Shown: positions 10,637 through 23,900 of the stretch, in pieces
Position numbering within the stretch: position 1 is the stretch's first letter
Layout: each line of letters starts with the position of its first letter
Assembly: GCA_043228905.1 (NCBI GenBank)
Contig: JBHGNT010000001.1
Coordinates: 29,512,001 to 29,576,000 of the forward strand
Reading direction: 5' to 3'
Length of the DNA stretch: 64,000 nucleotides
Source: Azolla caroliniana
Taxonomy: Eukaryota; Plantae; Polypodiophyta
Position numbers and translations under genes: made by a program
Notes under the pieces: generated by a model
What the model was told of the DNA's origin: nothing
Database searches by the model: none
The model's input: only the letters and a program-made list of their open reading frames with translations

Positions 10637-13600
10637 ATGGCCACTGCTACAATGGCTACCGCAGTAGGCGCTGCAGCTCTCCTGTACTATGCGCTCAAGC
10701 GCCGTGTTTCTGAGACTGGTTTGGAGGTTGTTTCTGAGGGGCCCTCTGCATCTAGCACGGTCTCGACAAGGGCGCAAGTTAGGTTGGGGCTTGCTCGCCA
10801 TGCTCCTTCTACGTGGTTTGAAGCCATAGCTACCCTTTCAGAGACATTGAGGTTCACATATTCGGAGACATTGGGGAAATGGCCGATTGCAGATTTGGCT
10901 TTCGGTATCAATTTCTTAATGAAGCGCGAGGTGCTTATTTTTATGTATCTCTTATGAGGAATTATGTAATGTTGTCTTGGGATTGTGTAGAGGTTCATGA
11001 GGTTTTGATGCTTTTATAGGGACAATCACAAGCTGCGAGTATTTATGTGGGTGAAAGAAGTGAAGAATTGAAAGGTCCCGAGATTCTTTCTGAAATGAAG
11101 GAGTTGATCCACTTGATTACTGCATGCATACATTTTTCAAAGAAGCCTTTCCCACAGTTTCTTGAGGCTACAGGATATTCCCAGGAATGTGTTCTTCTGC
11201 AAGAGCCTAAAGCAGGGGTATGCTTCTTTTGCCCTTACTAAGCATGAGAGGGCGAAACAAAAATGAAAATTTATATTAACATCTTCAAATGGTCTAAATG
11301 ACCAACGGGAACAAATAAGCTACATTCATTAGGATGTGATATACATTCATGTAACTTATACCAAGAAACATTAAGAGAAGACATGGTGCATAGGGCAAAT
11401 TGATTAAATAGATATATTTACTAGTGGGTACCAAGATTTACACGACTATTGTGTGTAGTGAGACATAGCGGGTACCTATTTCTCGTAGACATGTTGGCTT
11501 GGCAGCAGATCATGCACATCTATGCTTTGAGGTGAAGGATGGATGCACAAAGGATGTATATGCTAAGTAGAGTGGGCTGGCTGAATACCACTTTACTTGG
11601 GAGACCATTAACGTGTATAGATGGGGATTATACGATGGCATGTTTGATTTGGATCCTTTTGCACCTCTAGAGGAACTCATGCAAGGATTGTGAAAGTTAC
11701 TGCAGAAAGCAGCAACAAATGCCGTTCCCCACTCAATAGTCAATGCCTCTAAATCTGGTAGTCATATGAAATAGTTGGTATGATGAGGAATGTCGTGATA
11801 CAAGGAGATGCTTTCAACACAAATTAACTCCTGGGATTTGTACACACAAACAAGCAAGAACAACCTTCCGACACTTTGTGAGGAAGAAAACGAGATCATA
11901 TTTGGCTGAATTTTTGAAGCACATGTGAATTGCTTGTTTATAGGATAAGTAAAAGATCATGGAAAATGTTTTATGAGAGGTAACCTATCACACATAACAC
12001 AAACACTAGAAACACAGCCAGCAGTTAAAGTTGCATTCAGCAACTAAAACCTGCATGCATAGCCTGCATGTGTGTGGAATTTGGATGTGGTTGAATTTCA
12101 TGATACACATGCCTCTCAAATATTTTTGCTGCTCTTTATCGAGTAATATTATGATTTTTGAATGCTCTTGTTTGTAAATTTTCTCAAGAAATAAATCCAA
12201 TATATGAGCAATCCTGCACCAATCTTTGAGGTCATTGACCAAATTTATGATAGTTACCAAATTTATATGCCTTATAACCAGTTCCACTTTGGTAAATAAA
12301 ATGGTGGATAAGCAAGATTTTCTAGCCTCTTTCTTTCAAAAGAAATCATTTCAATCAGTACATTTACCTTGAAGCATAATAGAATATTTCTGGTGGTATA
12401 TATGTATGTGTGTATAAATAAGTAAGAGAAGTGGACAGATTTATACTGGAGGTTATAATTTCAAAAAGCAGATAACTTGTTCTTTCTTTTTCATTGGAGA
12501 CTAACACGGTGCCATTTTCCCAGCTTTTGAAGCCAGCTTTTACAATCTTGGTGGATGATAAGTTGCAATGCATACTCTTATTGATAAGAGGAACACACAG
12601 TGTGAAAGACACATTAACTGCTGTAACTGGGGCAGTTGTTCCATTTCACCATACTGTTCTTGATGAAGATGGTGTTAGCAATATTGTTCTTGGTTATGCA
12701 CATTGTGGGATGGTTGCAGCTGCAAGATGGATGTCCCAGCTTGCAACTCCAGTTCTATTACAAGCACAAAAGGATCATCCACTATATACGCTGAAGGTAT
12801 GCAGGCAAACAATATGTTTACAGTTTTTCAAGATTCATATATAGGTTTATAGTCTCATCCATTTATCAGGTTTAATAGAGATTACTAAGTACGGATACAA
12901 TATACTCTTAAAAAAGGTTTTGTAGATAGTGTGATGTATCATGCACTCTGTATTGAGGGTGGTAATGATGTACAGTGCTCTTATGGATTCACTTGCTCAA
13001 ATAACTATCGTTCTGTCTCATAAGAGGTGGCTGCTTTTTAATTCATTGGCCTTGCCAAATACTACTAAAAGTTGTTATATATATTTTTTCTGGTGGTTAT
13101 ACATTTTTACTAGTCTCCAAGCTTTTTTATTTCTTTGGAATTTAATTACACAAGGATAAAAAAGTCATCATTTTATATCACAGCTCCATAATTATCATGA
13201 ATAGGTAACAAAAGAAGATTGAAGCATCAGAATTACAATAGTATCCATATACGAGTGAGTCACAAATCAAATCTCAAGGAGTTGAACTTCTCTCATGGAT
13301 CATAGTTTAGATTAACTTGTATATTTCTCTATACTGATTCTTTTCAAATTGATGTTTGAGCCCAAAATATTATGGCATGTTTGAATATGAGTTGATAAAA
13401 GTTCCTTTTTATAATGCCTGTAGACCTTTATAAGAATATAAAACATGAAGTTGTGAAAATGTTGATTGTAGATAGTTGGTCATTCATTGGGGGGTGGAAC
13501 TGCAGCGTTGCTGACATATATTCTCCGTGAAAAGAGGGATTTCTCTTCAGTTAATTGCATTTGCTTTGCTCCAGGTACAAATTGTCTGTATTTCAGCTGA

Positions 13601-15360
13601 ATGCTGTCTACATGAATTGTCTTGTGTTAGTCATACATGAATTTTCTGTTTCTCATGATCGCATGTAAAAAATATTTGTCCTTGAAATCTGTATTTCAGC
13701 TGCATGCATGACATGGGAACTGGCAGAATCAGGCAAGCCTTTCACTACTTCGGTGGTCAATGGACTGGACATTGTGCCAACTTTCTCGGCTGCCTCAATG
13801 GATGATCTTCGTGCTGAAGTGAGTTATTTTTGCATGTAAAAAATAAGAGAAGTGTACTCTCCCACCTAGTACTACATATTGATTTCATACCCATGTTTGT
13901 TAATCAATCTTAAGGGATTTACCACGCTACAATATTTTGAATAGTAGGTTACTGCATCTGCTTGGATCAATGATCTCCGGGAACAAATTGAAAGAGTGCA
14001 GTTTCTGAAAACAGTCATGCGCTCTACATCAGCACTGGGCAGCCGGATCTCATCCATTTCAAGGCCTCTCTATCCTTACCTAGAAGATGCTGCAAAAGTA
14101 GGGGTAGCAACATGGAAGCCTGTTTCAAGTGGAACACAGGTTGGTGTTATACCTTTGCAAGATTTATAAGGCGTTGGAGTTGAATATATGAGGAGTTTCA
14201 AACAAAAACCGTAGAGTGGCTATTATTCTTTTCCAAGTGGCTATCTTCTAAGCTTTTTGGAGACTTTTGGCTATTTTTTTCCGATGGAGTTTGCATGATT
14301 CATGAAAATTTTAAATTCTCTTAAGAATTCATTAAAATCTTTAGGGCTCACTAAATAGTAATTTGCTTCTCTCTTGCACTTGTCACAAGTCCTTGGGATC
14401 CCTTGCTTTTATCCTGACATGGAGAACATGGAATATGCTCATAGATTATATATAAAATTTCCTCTTGCTGTACAGGTTGTGATGAGACGTGCTCAGACTG
14501 TTGTCAAATCTGTTGTCAAGACACGTCCATCTCTCAAGCTTCCTGGTTGGTCATGTATGGGAGCGCGTCGTCGCACAGTTGCAATATCAAATTCATCCTT
14601 AGGTGCTGGAAGTAGTGGACTAGTCGAAAGATCAGAGGACATTAATGTAACTGAGAGCAGGGAACTACTTCATGGATACACAGCTAGTAGTAGTTCAGCT
14701 GATGGAGTAGCAATGTACCACGAGGAAGAAGGTCAACCTCAAACTTATGATGGTGATGATGTGTTGCTTCGGGGTTCTCTCGAGAGACAGTTTGATGAAG
14801 ATGATGGTATTGCTGATGATGAATTAGATTTGAGTGATAGTCACACTGAAAGAAGAGATGATTTGCTCACTGAAGAGTATTTGCTACGACACTTAGAGAA
14901 TGAACTAAACTGGGAGGATCAGCAAGAAAGAAGTATCACTGATAGGCGGCAAGAGGAGGAGGAGGTGGCAAAGAAATTAACACAAGAGGAAGAGGAGGAA
15001 GTGGCAGAAAAGACAGCGAAGGCAGGTAGTAGTTGTATTGTTACTGACACTAAAGCCCAAGGTAGGGAGCTCAATAGGTTTTTTCCACCCGGCCGGATCA
15101 TTCATATACTACCAGTAATAACTAACAGAGTTGACGAGGACATTATGGCTAACAATGTCGTGAGTACGAGCTCTTCAGTATCAAGTTCTGAAGGAATATT
15201 AAGAGGTGGTTCACGTGTGGGCGTGTTCTCGACTGAGCGGGCGCTCTATGGCAAGGTTCGCCTTTCACGCACCATGATCAATGATCACTACATGCCGAAC
15301 TATCGAAGGATGATGGAAACCTTTGTTAAAGAATGCGAACAAAACAATGTTATTCCTTGA
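10637..15360 (+). CDS. Class 3 lipase (mono/diacylglycerol lipase N-terminal + Lipase_3 domain), plant MATATMATA-type
   Basis: Exons 10637-10930, 11020-11217, 12524-12796, 13472-13574, 13700-13818, 13948-14139, 14476-15360, all GT/AG and in phase; MATATMATAVGAAALLYY start, IRGTHSVKDTLT, GYAHCGM, nucleophile IVGHSLGGG, C-terminal FFPPGRIIH and SRTMINDHYMPNY. Confidence 0.95.
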
Positions 15361-17384
15361 TGTGCATAAGTTAATCTGGCACAATAAAGTGGTTACTAGG
15401 TTCTAGGTATATATAAATAAAGACTGCAATTCAAAAGGTTCCTAAATTGGAATCTTTGACAAAGACCCTGAACAAAGTATCGGGCTTGATCTGCATAAAG
15501 AGAATCAGTTTAGGAGGATTAAAAAAAAGGCTTGTTGTAAGCAGAAAGCAGAGATGCTTTGTTCCTTCTGTACAGATCGTTCTTTACCTATATGGAGCCG
15601 TTTGAAGCTCCTATTCATTCTCGTGAACTAAAACAGATGTTGTAGTGTTGACCATGTGCAAAAAAACAAGCACGGGTAGTATAGCTTTGTTTTTCAGGAA
15701 ATTGAGCCTCATACATAGTTCCATTCTATATTGTGAAAAACAAATGTAAGATGTCTTTCTTAACCCGAATATATATAAGAAAAGCTGCCTCATGTTGAAA
15801 TAAATGAGGTATTGATATTAAGTCTATGATTATATACTAACCAGGTGATAAAAAACAGTGTTCTTTCTTTTTATTTGTATACAAATCATGTTTCTGATTT
15901 CGTGTATTAAATCACTTCGCGGACTGAGTGATTTCTGTCTGTTGGAACTGATTTTAGAAATCTTGTTCTAGTCCTTGTAAACAAGAAAAGCACCATATTC
16001 ATGGCCATTTTCTTGCTGTCTACTGTGTAACCTCCAGTTTATAGAGAATCTGTACATAGCATATTTTGGAAATGAATAATCAATTGTGAAGATATGTATT
16101 TCTTAATAATATGTACAAAACTAGAGTCCACAAAGGCTATATTATATGTACGTGTTTGTACATATATGCAAATTTCAAGCCACATATTATGATCATACAC
16201 AAACCTTCTTAGGAATTGTATGGCTCTTTATTTATCTATACACCATGGTAACACCCATAGATGAGCCTCAAACCCAAGGGATTATTTATGGGGATCAAGA
16301 TTTCTTGGCCGCTTGAAAGATTGGGTAGTGTATTCTACAATATATTTGAGGAGCACATGGGGGACCATCTTTTCATTTTCATCCAGGGAGTTGCAATGTC
16401 CTCATGCAATTTGGGCTATTAAAATGAAGTTTTTTATGACCATGGACATGTCCTATACAATTAGTTTAGACCTCAATTATGGGGTCACGCTTGGTAAGGG
16501 TCATGTATATGCTCATAATACTTTGTATAAATTTCTTGTTATGCCATGTTGGCATTTAGAGTATTAGTGACTCTTGATGTTCAAGATTTTCAATAATGAA
16601 TGCTACAATTGATAGTGAACGTTGTGACTAAGACTTGTGGTGTATTGGCTATATCCATGTTGTAGGGAACCAAATTTGAATGTAATGGAATGTGAATTGT
16701 TGAAGTAAACTCATGAATGTGTTTGTGGACAATATGCATTGTAGATGAGTCTCATTGGATGCATCCAACATTATATCTTGCATCAAAGAGAATGTGAGCG
16801 AAGTTCTAAGGAAGCAATATTGGGGATGGTAGACAAGTGGACGGGCTCTAGCATGTGTGGATTGAGTGTAATTTGCCACTTAGACGAGAACAAGGATATA
16901 GAATGTGTAAAGTGCGAACCTCCACACCTTTCCCAAGTTTTTGGATGCAAAAAAAGTCTCATTTGTGGAGGAATCTATCAAGGCATAAGTTTGAGCTCTT
17001 TAGTAGCCTCTAATTCCTTCTCTTTTTTCTTACTTGTTTATTGGCATGTTATCTATACTCAATAAGTTTCTAATGCTTGTCTAATCTTCTTTTTTCTAAA
17101 TTAATTTTGTTTCCTTCTCCGTCACGTATATTGTATTTTTTTCTCCATTCACTCCAAACACTTTCATGAGCTTTTTACTTGTCTCACATATCCCTCTTGA
17201 TTTTTCATTACTACATCATTGAGAGAAGAACCCCCATGTAGACATATTTAATCAAGTAATCTTATAAATGACAATCCATCCACAATGAATCACTCGTTGA
17301 ACTCTACATGATGATCATATGTTTTGGAAATATCAAGCCATCATTCTTAAACTAGGTGATCAAGGCCTTTCCTTTTTGGGTGCG

Positions 17385-18354
17385 AGGAAGGCTAACTAAA
17401 ATGGCCAGATTTATTGCTACGAAAACCATGGTAACAACTCCGATGGATATCGCGAGTGATTGAGATCCAAAGTTTACTTGTGACTTCTGGACACAAGTCT
17501 TTAAGAAGTTAGAAACTACATTGAGCATGAGCTCCACGAATCATCCTCAATCCGATGGACAGATAGAACGAGTAAATCAAATTATTGAGGACATGCTTCG
17601 AGCATACGTTGGTACAAAACCAACAAAATGGGAACGTTATCTCCCAATTTTGGAGTTTGCTTATAACAACTCCAAGCATACATCGACGGGATATAGTCCT
17701 TTTATGTTGATGTATGGTTTTTAGCCACGAGCCCCGATTGATGTTAATATACATCACGATGAGTTGCGAAGTACGCAAAAATTTCTTCGGGATATGCAAG
17801 ATATGTTGCATATTGCATGAGATAATATAAAAATAGCTCAAGATAGAGCACGTTTCTATGCCGATCATGATATGCAACCTCGTGTATTCAACCCTAGACA
17901 GAAGGTATTTTTACGTGTACCTCACAATTCTAAGACATTGTCTAAGGGTAAGTGCGCTAAGTTAGCCCCACGGTTTTGTGGACCTTTTACAGTCCTCAAA
18001 TGCATTGGGTCATCAGCCTATCGTCTCGCTCTTCCCGATGGTGTTGAAATTCATCTAGTTTTTCACGTGAGTCGTCTGAAAGAACTTCTAGGGTCTGGCG
18101 ACAATACAGTTACAACCGAAACTCTGGTTCCTTCTGAAGAATTATCTTCTAAACCACATGTACCAAAAAGAATTCTCGATGTTAAAACAAAAAAATTACG
18201 TACTAAAGAAATCCGAGAATTTAAAATAAAATGGATGGATAAATCACTAAAAGATACCACATGGGAATGCGAAAATACTCTCAGAACTAACTTCCCTAAC
18301 TTTCCATTGCAAGAGTGCAATGTTTTAAAGAGGGGGAGTATGTTACGGGCATGA
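17385..18354 (+). mobile_element. Chromovirus-type Ty3/gypsy fragment: integrase + chromodomain (pseudogenised, internally deleted)
   Basis: RLTKMARFI, STNHPQSDGQIERVNQIIEDMLRAY, LEFAYNNSKHTSTGYSPF, KLAPRFCGPF, FHVSRLK and chromodomain RILD..KIKW..DTTWE; stops at ~17461, ~17722, ~17818. Confidence 0.93.
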
Positions 18355-18705
18355 CCATAAAATATCCCGTGGTGAGAATTTACCGTAGTATTCTATACAC
18401 GTGGATAAGTGTGCGGCTTAAACGAGAGTGTAAAGAAGGGGAGGATTACTTTTAATCCTCGGGATTGAGACAACCCATTAGGCCAAGTGTGAACTTGCCT
18501 AGAGGCCTTGGGTATCGGTATAAATAAGAGGCCTAACTACCCTCATTTCATCATCTTATGATTACGTCGAGACTCTGTTTCGTGGTGGTTCAATTCTTGT
18601 AGCGAGCGCGCGAGCACAAGGTACGATTAAACACCACGACGGTGGTATGGGACGCCGATCGAGGCTCGAGTTCATCTTGATCCTTTCGCTTGGGGGTGGT
18701 CGGAC
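18327..18705 (+). repeat. Polypurine tract and 3' LTR of the gypsy element (3' boundary not resolved)
   Basis: AAAGAGGGGGAG immediately before TGTTACGGG (18341); TATAAATA at ~18519. Confidence 0.75.
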
Positions 18706-20668
18706 TAATTTATAGGTTAGGAAGAAGAAAAAGACAAGATAGTGAATGGGAAACTCAAGTAGAACAACCATCACATTGATCACTTATCATATTTTTTACC
18801 CAATCTTGCTAATATTTTTTTTAAAGAGTTGTTGTTCATGCCTTGTATATCCATGCTAATAGCAACCTCAGGGACAATTACCTTCTCCTACAATTTTACT
18901 AAAAGGAGAACTTGATGTGATTGAGTGGAACAAAGTTATAGTCACTCTTACCAATGATCGGTCTACCATTATGCCACATTCACTTTAGTTTGATGTAATA
19001 CAATAGTGTGAAATTATAGGTTTTGATCTCCTTTAAGAGTGCATGTTAGCTTTCATTGGATGAACATGCTATCACACTAGCATACATGGGCCAAGGAACT
19101 AACAATTTCCATAATGTTTGACCTCCTCAATGGATAATAACATGTCAAATGGGCATTCCATTACATGGCTCAAGCCCATTGTTTCCATTAGTAAGCATCC
19201 ACGGAAGGTTATGAAATATTGCAAATGAAATTGCTCACATAGAGGTTAACATTGGGTTTGAATACCACTTCTAAATTTGGCGAATCAATGGCCATATTAT
19301 AAATGAGATAACGTGTACGCCTTACCTGCTTGAATTAACAATGAACAAATAAGGCATTTGAATTTATGCCTCATAAGTTTTGTCCAGACGATGAGAATGG
19401 CAAAGATGCTTGCAAATTTGTCACCTCGAGAAATAAAAAGCAAGAGATTGGAAAATTACAAAAAGACCAAGATGTGCATCAAATTATTTTTATAGATATG
19501 AGCATATCACCCTTCCCTATATGACTCCTTTTCCCAAAGCTACTTAAGAGATCAAAAAAGTTGGATAGGTTAACCTCATGTAGCTCTAGTTACTTGTACC
19601 TAACTAACCTAGAACCTAACTCCATGGGACCGGGATAAAGTCCACTTTATTGTTGGTGAGAAGTAAAGTCGGTGTCAATTTATTCCTAAGCCTAGTACAA
19701 ATATTAAAGAACGAATTAAGCAAACTCTAGCCATAATACCAATTTCCAAAATGCAGATAAACAAGGTTAAACTGAATGGCTCTTAATCCCTTAATATGGA
19801 AAAGGTTGAGAGAGTATGACAACAAGCACAATCAACGGTATTAATAGATCCCTTACAAGTTACAATCGACCCAAAAGGCTTCGTGGTTTACTTTTCTTAG
19901 CAAGTAGGTTAAAGAAGTGATCATTGCTTAGAAGTTAGGTAGGTCCAAAGGCTTAAATCCCAACTCCAACTTATAACAAAACCCTTTTTATAGTATTTAC
20001 AGTTAGTGTCCTCGGGCCTTTTCACAAGAGCTACCTCACCTCTCGATTCTCTCGTCCTTGCCTTAATTCCTTCAGTGACGCTTGTCCCAACATTACGCGT
20101 TCTCCTTTATCGGGCGACTAACGTCTAGGCATATGAGAAATGGTTAATACGGTTATAAACGATAGAGGGGGGCAGACATGTTCCGCGAACTTGCTCCCAG
20201 GGCAAAAAAAAACAGAAAGGTTGACTAATGAAGAGACCGCTAATTTGGATCCTCTCTCTCTTTCTCTCTTTGGTAAAAAGCACATAATTATACCAATTGT
20301 ATGTAAAATCCACTTAGTTACAACACTTCTTAGTCTCCTCTACCTATCATATGTGCCTATGTAAGGAGAGGAACGTCTTGTAATGCCATTAAAAAAACTT
20401 GAATATGCATTTGAGGAAACAATCACCACATACTCTAACATCCAAAAAATTCCACATGAGAATTCCTTTCAGCTTCTTTATACATATAGGCTTTCACACC
20501 ATTTCTATTAGCAAACATAAAAGCATTACGCATATTCCAATTGTGTTGTAGACCCCAATAATGTAAAAATTGGAACAATATCTCCATCTCATCATTTGAA
20601 CCATATTGAGAAAAAACCCATTGTTGAGGTCTCTCTCTCTCTCTCTCTCTAATTATTTGTTAGACTAC

Positions 20669-20741
20669 TGGGTTCGAAACCCGAATTTCTCATTTCTCTT
20701 ATCATTGATAAGAGAAATGAGAAATTCGGGTTTCGAACCCA
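20669..20741. repeat. Perfect 73-nt palindrome (36-bp arms, 1-nt spacer)
   Basis: tgggttcgaaacccgaatttctcatttctcttatca-t-tgataagagaaatgagaaattcgggtttcgaaccca. Confidence 0.97.
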
Positions 20742-20999
20742 AGACCTAGAGCTAGTAGTCTTAAACACATATATAAACACATACATACATATATCCTCTT
20801 AATTCTCTGTCTCTCTCTGTCTCTCTCTGTTTGTCTTGTGTCTGTGTGTCTCTACATGTAGCTATAGCCTATAGGTATGACTATATATGTAGGTGTAGGT
20901 CATTAGTTCAATCCTCGTTCCCTTCCTTTCCTTTGGGTGTGGTGTGTTTGGAATGTGAGAGAACCAAAGCAAAGAAAAAACCACAACACAAAAAAAACG

Positions 21000-23900
21000 A
21001 TGATGACAGTGAGACTCAGCGACCCTCTTCTCCTTCTGCAAACAAAACCCGTCTCTTCTTCTTCTTTCCACTCCTTCCGTCCTCTCAATATTGCTCCTCA
21101 GCTTTGCAGATGGAGTAGAAGGAGGAGGAGGAAGACTAGGGTCTTCATCTTCATGCAGAAAGATTCATCACAGAAACCAGGTCTCTCTCTCTCTCTCTCT
21201 CTCTCGTTGTCGAATCTACATCTTCCCATTTTTAGCCTATGATTTTCTCCTGTGTTTCTTTCCAATATGTGTGTGTAGGTATATATCTACACGAACATCT
21301 ATGTATACATACATGCTCATATACATACACGCATGCATACACATGTACGGACATGCACACATATTTGTGTATTACGAGTGAGAGAAGTTATATTTTGTTT
21401 TTCTGGACAATTGCATGCTTCCAAAATATGATATTAAGCAATTGACGTGTGAGAGAATTTGCTAAATTTTCTTGTACAAATGCAAGATATCAATTTGGGT
21501 TGTTGATGATTGTGAAAATTTATATCTTTTTATTATGTATACAATTGAAGATTTTAGAATTGAATTTGAAAGTGAGAGAGTTCATGTTATGTACACATTT
21601 CATAATTTCAATCATGGTATTAAGTAGTCAATGATTGTGAGTTTAGGTTTTGTTTCTTTTATACACTTGAAATCAGACTTTCAGTACATTTTGCTGTGAG
21701 AATTAAATAGCTGAGGAGTGAAACCGCTCATATCTGGTTTTATTGTATAATCACATGTTGGCAATTTTGATTTAAGTAGCTGATCAGTTAAAGAGATTAT
21801 CTTGCACAAGCAGACAATTTCTGTTTGGGTTTTAGGTGGGATAATTCATATTATTTAATCAAGGAGATGGAATTACATCTTATTTTCTTCGAGAGTATGT
21901 ATATTTCCAATTCAGATTTTAAGTATTTGGTCTGCGAGAGACTTTATATACTTCTTGTGCAATTGTACACGAACCAATTTCGGTAGTAGACTGTTGATGA
22001 GAGAGAGTTTATTTGGCAATTCCGATTTTGGTCTTAAGCAGTTGATGAGGTGAGATTATGAATCTCTTTTTCTTGTACCATGTTAAATTCCAACTACATT
22101 TTCAGTAGTCCACAAGAGAGTATTTATTATCATGTTTTCATATACAGCTACATACTTTTAAATTGTTTACGTACTATGCATAATTTGGGTATTAAATAGT
22201 TGATGAGCGAGAGAATTTTTTTTTATTGCATACTTCTAATTGACCTTTCATGTAATCAGTTTGAGAATATTATGTTGTTTTCGTGTACAATGGTGCACTT
22301 CCAATTTCAGTATTAAGTTGTTAATTAGTGTGAGCTCATATCTTGTTTTCGTGTACAAATTTATACCGCATGGTTAACCAGTGAGTTTATACTGTGTAAT
22401 TAGTTAATCAGTGAGATTGGAAGAATTGCATGTACCAGTTTGGATTTTCAGTACGCGATAAGTAAGAGAGTATATACCTTGTTTCACAATTGTTTACTCT
22501 GAATTTATTGTTCATGAGTGGGAGTATATATAATATTTTCTTGTAGAATTATATACTTCCAATGAGTCATTAACTAGTTGATCATGGAGAACATTCATAT
22601 ATCCTTTCCATGTACAATTGTATATGTTTAATTTGGTTATTCAGTGGCTGTTGAGTTTATATCTTATAGCTATAATATACCTTAGTTTCGTACATTTCTC
22701 AGACTGTAGATACAAAGAAATCTGATTGGCTTTGCATACAGTCTGGTCTAAAGACACAAAATGAGAGCTTGTATCGTATTTTTCTTGTACTATTGCATAG
22801 TTCCAATTGATGTATTGAGAAATTGATCAGATAGAGAATCTATATTCTTCATTTTGTGCGGTTACATGCTTTAGATTAAGCATCGATTAATTATCTCCGT
22901 GTCTGCTTATTTATAGGCGAAGAACCCCCTGAGACTCTTTTCATGAGAGAATTGAAGCGTAGGGGGCTATCTTCAACTGGAAATAATGATAAGGAAAATC
23001 AGAAGCTTGAGGATAATGATAAAGAAAATCAGAAGCTTGAGGATGAATCCCGAGTGAGAGCTACAGCTTCTCTGCCAAAAGAAACATTTGGTCCATTTGA
23101 TGAGACAGTGCAAGTAGATCAAAGAAAACAATCGATGGCATTAAACAGTGAAGGTCTTGAGGTGAATCTATAGTTCATTGCTTGTAAATCTCATTAGTTA
23201 TGATAAGTATGTTACTTTGAGAGGGAGAATTAATTATCAGTGAATTTTATTGGTAGAAAAGAGAGGAACTTATTCAAATATATGCTTTTCATATTAAGTA
23301 CAATTGTTCTTATGTGAGCTTGAAAGTGCTAAAATGATTCATCCCTATAAATGTCATTAAACTCCAGTAATCTAATGAAATATTGGGCGGCAATTCATAC
23401 ATGTGCGACATGCTTTGAAGTTAATTCGTTTTTCTAAGGTTTGAACTTTGGTGGAACAAAGTTCAAAAAGCCAATTCACTCTGTAATGAAACATTAACTT
23501 CATACTAGACTGTTGAGAGGCAAGAGCTATCTGGTGTTTGACAACGCTGGTGCTTGTATTTCAATGAAATTTTTTGGGGAGGGCATACTGATATTATAAG
23601 ATTTACTAGGAGCCATTCCATTGGGTTTCATCCATCGTATACTGCATTTCATAGCATCTTGTTGTCCATAAAGTGCAAACTGTACTATTAGACTATAACT
23701 TTGGTGATCATTATAATGTTTATTGCCAAATGATATTATTTCAATTATATAGTCATTCTTTTGCTATCTATGTGTTTGGATGGATATCCTTTAATTGTTT
23801 GGGAGTTCTCAGGACACTGGGGCATGTGGTACTGTTGAATATCCCAAACAAGGCCATCCGTGTTTAGTTATATCTTGATGATTATTCCTTTCAATTACAA

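Larger units (their letters stand above)
16250..19480 (-). mobile_element. Strongly decayed L1-like LINE, interrupted by the gypsy fragment
   Basis: Minus-strand RT vestiges LVYHPQYCFLR and QIWFPTTWI (16650-16850); faint endonuclease-like vestiges at ~18900-19400; no open frame. Confidence 0.4.

Noticed and set aside
17353-18786. taggtgatcaa...ttgatcactta as TIRs of a DNA element that captured the gypsy fragment
   Set aside because: Only 11 bp with a mismatch, no target-site duplication and no subterminal repeats
19540-20130. Possible solo LTR (TATA-like motif on minus strand)
   Set aside because: No TG..CA termini, TSD, PBS or PPT could be identified
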